Positions 61,041 to 64,000 of a stretch of 64,000 nucleotides of DNA are shown in pieces. The notes below the pieces were generated by a model. The model saw only the letters and a program-made list of their open reading frames with translations, was not told the DNA's origin and did no database searches. The stretch lies in assembly GCF_000027125.1 (NCBI RefSeq), contig NC_017626.1; one strand, 5' to 3'. The stretch's first letter is position 1. The number at the start of each line of letters is the position of its first letter. Made by a program: the position numbers and the translations under genes. This stretch comes from Escherichia coli 042. Lineage in GTDB: Bacteria; Pseudomonadota; Gammaproteobacteria; Enterobacterales; Enterobacteriaceae.

Positions 61041-62357
61041 ATGATTAACCCAAGAACCATTGCGCAAGAAATTGCTTATGCGGATGTCGCCACCCAGGCG
61101 GCAAATTTGCAGGAGAAGCAGACCGAGCTGGACGCTGAAAGCAGCGGCCTGGACTCGCTCAGCTCGGCGTTAAGCGATTTCCAGAGCGCCGTTGACGCGC
61201 TGAACAGCGATACCGACGGCCCGGTGACTTTTGCCGCCACCAGCAATAATGACTCGGCGACCGTTTCCGCTAACTCGCAGGCACAGGCGGGAAGCTACTC
61301 GTTTTTCGTTGAGCAACTGGCGCAGGGGCAGCAAACCACGTTCAGTATGGGCGACGACGCCTTTTCCGCTACCGGTACTTTTGAACTGACGATGGGCGAC
61401 AGCACCATGGATATCGATCTGTCGGCGGCAGATCAGAACGGTGACGGCGACGGTTTTATCGACGCCAGCGAACTGGTGAACGCGATTAACGACTCCGATG
61501 ATAATCCAGGCGTTTCAGCGGCGTTGGTGAAAACCGACGGCACCACCACCATTATGCTCACCTCCGATAGCACCGGGGCGCAGAGCGCGTTTTCGGTGAG
61601 CGTAACGGGGCATGATGCCAGCAACGATAGCACCAGCGCGCCCGTTGCCACGGTTGTTTCCTCAGCCCAGGACGCGATTATTCATCTCGGTAGCGCCACG
61701 GGCCCGGCGATCACCAACAGCAGCAATACGTTTGATGATGTGATCCCCGGCGTCACCATGACTTTTACCGAAGTCAGCGATTCTGACAGCGACCTCACCA
61801 CTTTTAACATCAGCGAAGATTCCAGCTCCAGCCAGGAGAAAGTACAGACTTTTGTCGATGCCTATAACACCTTGATTGATACGGTTGATTCGCTAACCAC
61901 TCACGGTGATGACAGTACCAGCGCCGGGGTATTTGCAGGCGACGCCGGACTCAGTTCACTGGCGAACCAGCTCGATGACATCGCCCATGCCAGCTACAAC
62001 GGCGTGTCGATTGTTGACTATGGCATCACCCTCGATTCTCACGGCCACTTACAGATTGACTCCGACCAGTTCAACGACGAAATGGCGAAAAATCCTGACG
62101 GTCTGACCTCTATTTTCGTTGGCGACAACAGCATGGTAGCGCAGATGGACGACCTGATTAACACCTACACGGACTCCAGCAACGGCATCATCACCCTGCG
62201 CCAGCAGAACATTGACGATCAGATGAGCAAAATTCAGGACGAAGGCGATCAGCTTACTGATACCTATAACGCCAACTACGACCGTTATCTCGAGGAGTAC
62301 ACCAACACGCTGGTCGAGGTGTACACCATGAAAGCCAGCATGGCGGCATTCGCGTAA
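61041..62357 (+). CDS. lafB: Filament cap protein FliD homolog
   Basis: 438-aa ORF with FliD-like N- and C-terminal coiled-coil segments. Confidence 0.85.
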   Translation: MINPRTIAQEIAYADVATQAANLQEKQTELDAESSGLDSLSSALSDFQSAVDALNSDTDGPVTFAATSNNDSATVSANSQAQAGSYSFFVEQLAQGQQTTFSMGDDAFSATGTFELTMGDSTMDIDLSAADQNGDGDGFIDASELVNAINDSDDNPGVSAALVKTDGTTTIMLTSDSTGAQSAFSVSVTGHDASNDSTSAPVATVVSSAQDAIIHLGSATGPAITNSSNTFDDVIPGVTMTFTEVSDSDSDLTTFNISEDSSSSQEKVQTFVDAYNTLIDTVDSLTTHGDDSTSAGVFAGDAGLSSLANQLDDIAHASYNGVSIVDYGITLDSHGHLQIDSDQFNDEMAKNPDGLTSIFVGDNSMVAQMDDLINTYTDSSNGIITLRQQNIDDQMSKIQDEGDQLTDTYNANYDRYLEEYTNTLVEVYTMKASMAAFA

Positions 62358-62379
62358 CTCAGAAGGAATATCCCTAAAG

Positions 62380-62772
62380 ATGTACCAAGTACAGGACGGC
62401 TATTCGCAATATAAAGAGATCGATCTCGCGGCGCGTACCGCGGCGGCATCGCCTCTGGAACTGGTGCTGGTGCTGTTTTCTGGCCTGATGGACGAGCTGG
62501 AACGCGCCAAAAGCCATATTGAAGGGCGGCGTTTCGAGAAGAAAGCCCAGAGCATCAATAAATGCATCGACATTCTCAATGCGCTCACCAGTTCGCTGGA
62601 ATTTGAAACCGGCGGCGAGCTGGTGGTCAACCTTTCGCGCCTCTATGACCACTGCGTTTACCGATTGTATGAAGCCAGCGGCGAACTGTCGGCAGAGAAA
62701 ATCGATGAAGTGATGCTGATCTTAAGCAACCTGCGCGAAGGCTGGGAAGGGCTTTCGGGCAAGCTGGGTTAA
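62380..62772 (+). CDS. lafC: Flagellin chaperone FliS homolog
   Basis: 130-aa ORF with FliS character. Confidence 0.85.
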   Translation: MYQVQDGYSQYKEIDLAARTAAASPLELVLVLFSGLMDELERAKSHIEGRRFEKKAQSINKCIDILNALTSSLEFETGGELVVNLSRLYDHCVYRLYEASGELSAEKIDEVMLILSNLREGWEGLSGKLG

Positions 62773-62776
62773 GACG

Positions 62777-63088
62777 ATGGAAAAACAACGCAGGCAACTT
62801 TTCGTACTGGTCGAGGCGATGAATGAAGCCCTCGACAAGCAACGCTGGCGACGCCTTCCGGCCCTGCATCAGCAGGTGATGCGCCAGTTTCACGATTATG
62901 CGACGGCGGAAACCGATGCGACGCAGTTGTGTGCGGTGAAGGCGCAACTGTACGGCGCGTTTAATGCCCTGATTAAACGACGCGAGCAGCGCGCAGAAGT
63001 GTTGAAAGCGCGTATGGAGCAGCATCAACGGCATCAGGAAGGTGTGCTGGCCTACTCAATTGTTAATTTACTTTCGGAGAAGTCATGA
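62777..63088 (+). CDS. lafD: FliT-like chaperone
   Basis: 103-aa helical ORF following fliS. Confidence 0.65.
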   Translation: MEKQRRQLFVLVEAMNEALDKQRWRRLPALHQQVMRQFHDYATAETDATQLCAVKAQLYGAFNALIKRREQRAEVLKARMEQHQRHQEGVLAYSIVNLLSEKS

Positions 63089-64000
63089 ATCCGGCATTGC
63101 TTGCCACGCTCGGAACGCTTGCGGAAACGGCGTCGCTGAAAGCGGATATTTTACCGCCGATGAGCGGTAAAAACGCGCCCGCGTTTACCCTGCCGAAAAT
63201 GGCGGTCGCGGCGGTGGCGGAGCGCGTTCATAGCGCTAAAACCAGTCAGCAACAGGCGACGCGCCCGCAGGAGAACGATCCGGTGGCGATGCAGGCGCTA
63301 ATGGCGCTGTTACTTCCGCAACCTGCCGCGACGCATCAGGACACGCCGCAGCCGCGAAACGTCGCAACATCGCCGGTTATTCAGCAATTGACGAAAGCGG
63401 TGGTGCAAAACGCGCCGCAACGCCCGACACAACAGCAGGAACTCACGACATTGCCGCCACAGTTGCAGGAACTGATCGGTCAGTTGCCGCAGGCGAAACC
63501 CGAACAGCAGGCCAGACTGGCAATTTACGCCAGTGAAGATTTACATGCCATTGCGCCGACGCAGCCGCGCGTCTCAACACAGCCCGCTCGCCCGAAACCT
63601 GAACTAACCCGTGTGACCGCGCGCCCACAGGTCGAGCGTAAAACGGAAAAAGTGCCGGACAGCGAACCGGTTATTGCGCGTGCGGTGTTGCAGGTTAAGA
63701 CGCCGGAGCTGGTCAGCCAGCATCAGGAGATTGTCGCCAAACCAGCCACGCTTTCAATGGACGAACTGGGCGAAAAACTGACGACGCTGTTGAAAGATCA
63801 GATCCACTTTCAGCTCAACAAACAACAGCAGATCTCCACCATCCGTCTCGATCCACCGTCGCTTGGCAAGCTCGAGATCGTCGTACAACTCGATAACGGC
63901 AAACTGATGGTGCACATCGGCGCGAACCAAAGTGAAGTTTGCCGCGCGTTACAACAGTTTAGCGACGATCTCCGCCAGCATCTGACGGCGCAAAATTTTA
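63085..64000 (+). CDS. lafE: Hook-length control protein FliK homolog (3' end beyond window)
   Basis: ORF starting ATG 63085 (MNPALLATLGTLAE...), Pro/Gln-rich linker then conserved FliK C-terminal region; no stop before the window end, so absent from the ORF track. Confidence 0.75.
   Translation, partial: MNPALLATLGTLAETASLKADILPPMSGKNAPAFTLPKMAVAAVAERVHSAKTSQQQATRPQENDPVAMQALMALLLPQPAATHQDTPQPRNVATSPVIQQLTKAVVQNAPQRPTQQQELTTLPPQLQELIGQLPQAKPEQQARLAIYASEDLHAIAPTQPRVSTQPARPKPELTRVTARPQVERKTEKVPDSEPVIARAVLQVKTPELVSQHQEIVAKPATLSMDELGEKLTTLLKDQIHFQLNKQQQISTIRLDPPSLGKLEIVVQLDNGKLMVHIGANQSEVCRALQQFSDDLRQHLTAQNF

Overview
Enterobacterial (Escherichia coli-like) chromosomal window in three blocks. 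(1) 1-20.1 kb: the distal end of a type VI secretion island. tssJ, a TagH-like FHA gene, tssG, tssF, tssE, tssC and tssB lie on the minus strand; hcp, vgrG, a DUF4123 adaptor, an unassigned 523-aa candidate effector and a 336-aa exported candidate immunity protein lie on the plus strand. They are followed by two tandem ISAs1-family (H-repeat) elements, the first split by a ~1.9 kb group II intron with its own reverse transcriptase/maturase, two AT-rich orphan ORFs and an ISAs1 remnant. (2) 20.1-28.7 kb: conserved core genes yafV, ivy, fadE, gmhA, yafJ, yafK, yafL and the REP-associated transposase rayT with a REP/BIME array. (3) 28.7-64 kb: an almost complete Flag-2 lateral-flagellar cluster (lfhAB, lfiRQPNM, lafK, lfiEFGHIJ, lfgNMA, lfgB-L, lafA-E). 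It carries a frameshifted lfgC, two consensus sigma-54 promoters, an embedded cytidylyltransferase plus tri-domain glycosyl/glycerophosphotransferase pair, a HigB/HigA-like toxin-antitoxin module, and REP and GC-rich palindromic repeats in its spacers. The T6SS island and Flag-2 are known system types; the best candidates for something undescribed are the VgrG-linked effector pair and the glycerol-phosphate modification genes inside the flagellar locus. No rRNA, tRNA or CRISPR array was seen. All calls come from reading the translated ORFs and the DNA by eye; no database search or folding program was run, and repeat and promoter coordinates are approximate to a few bases.
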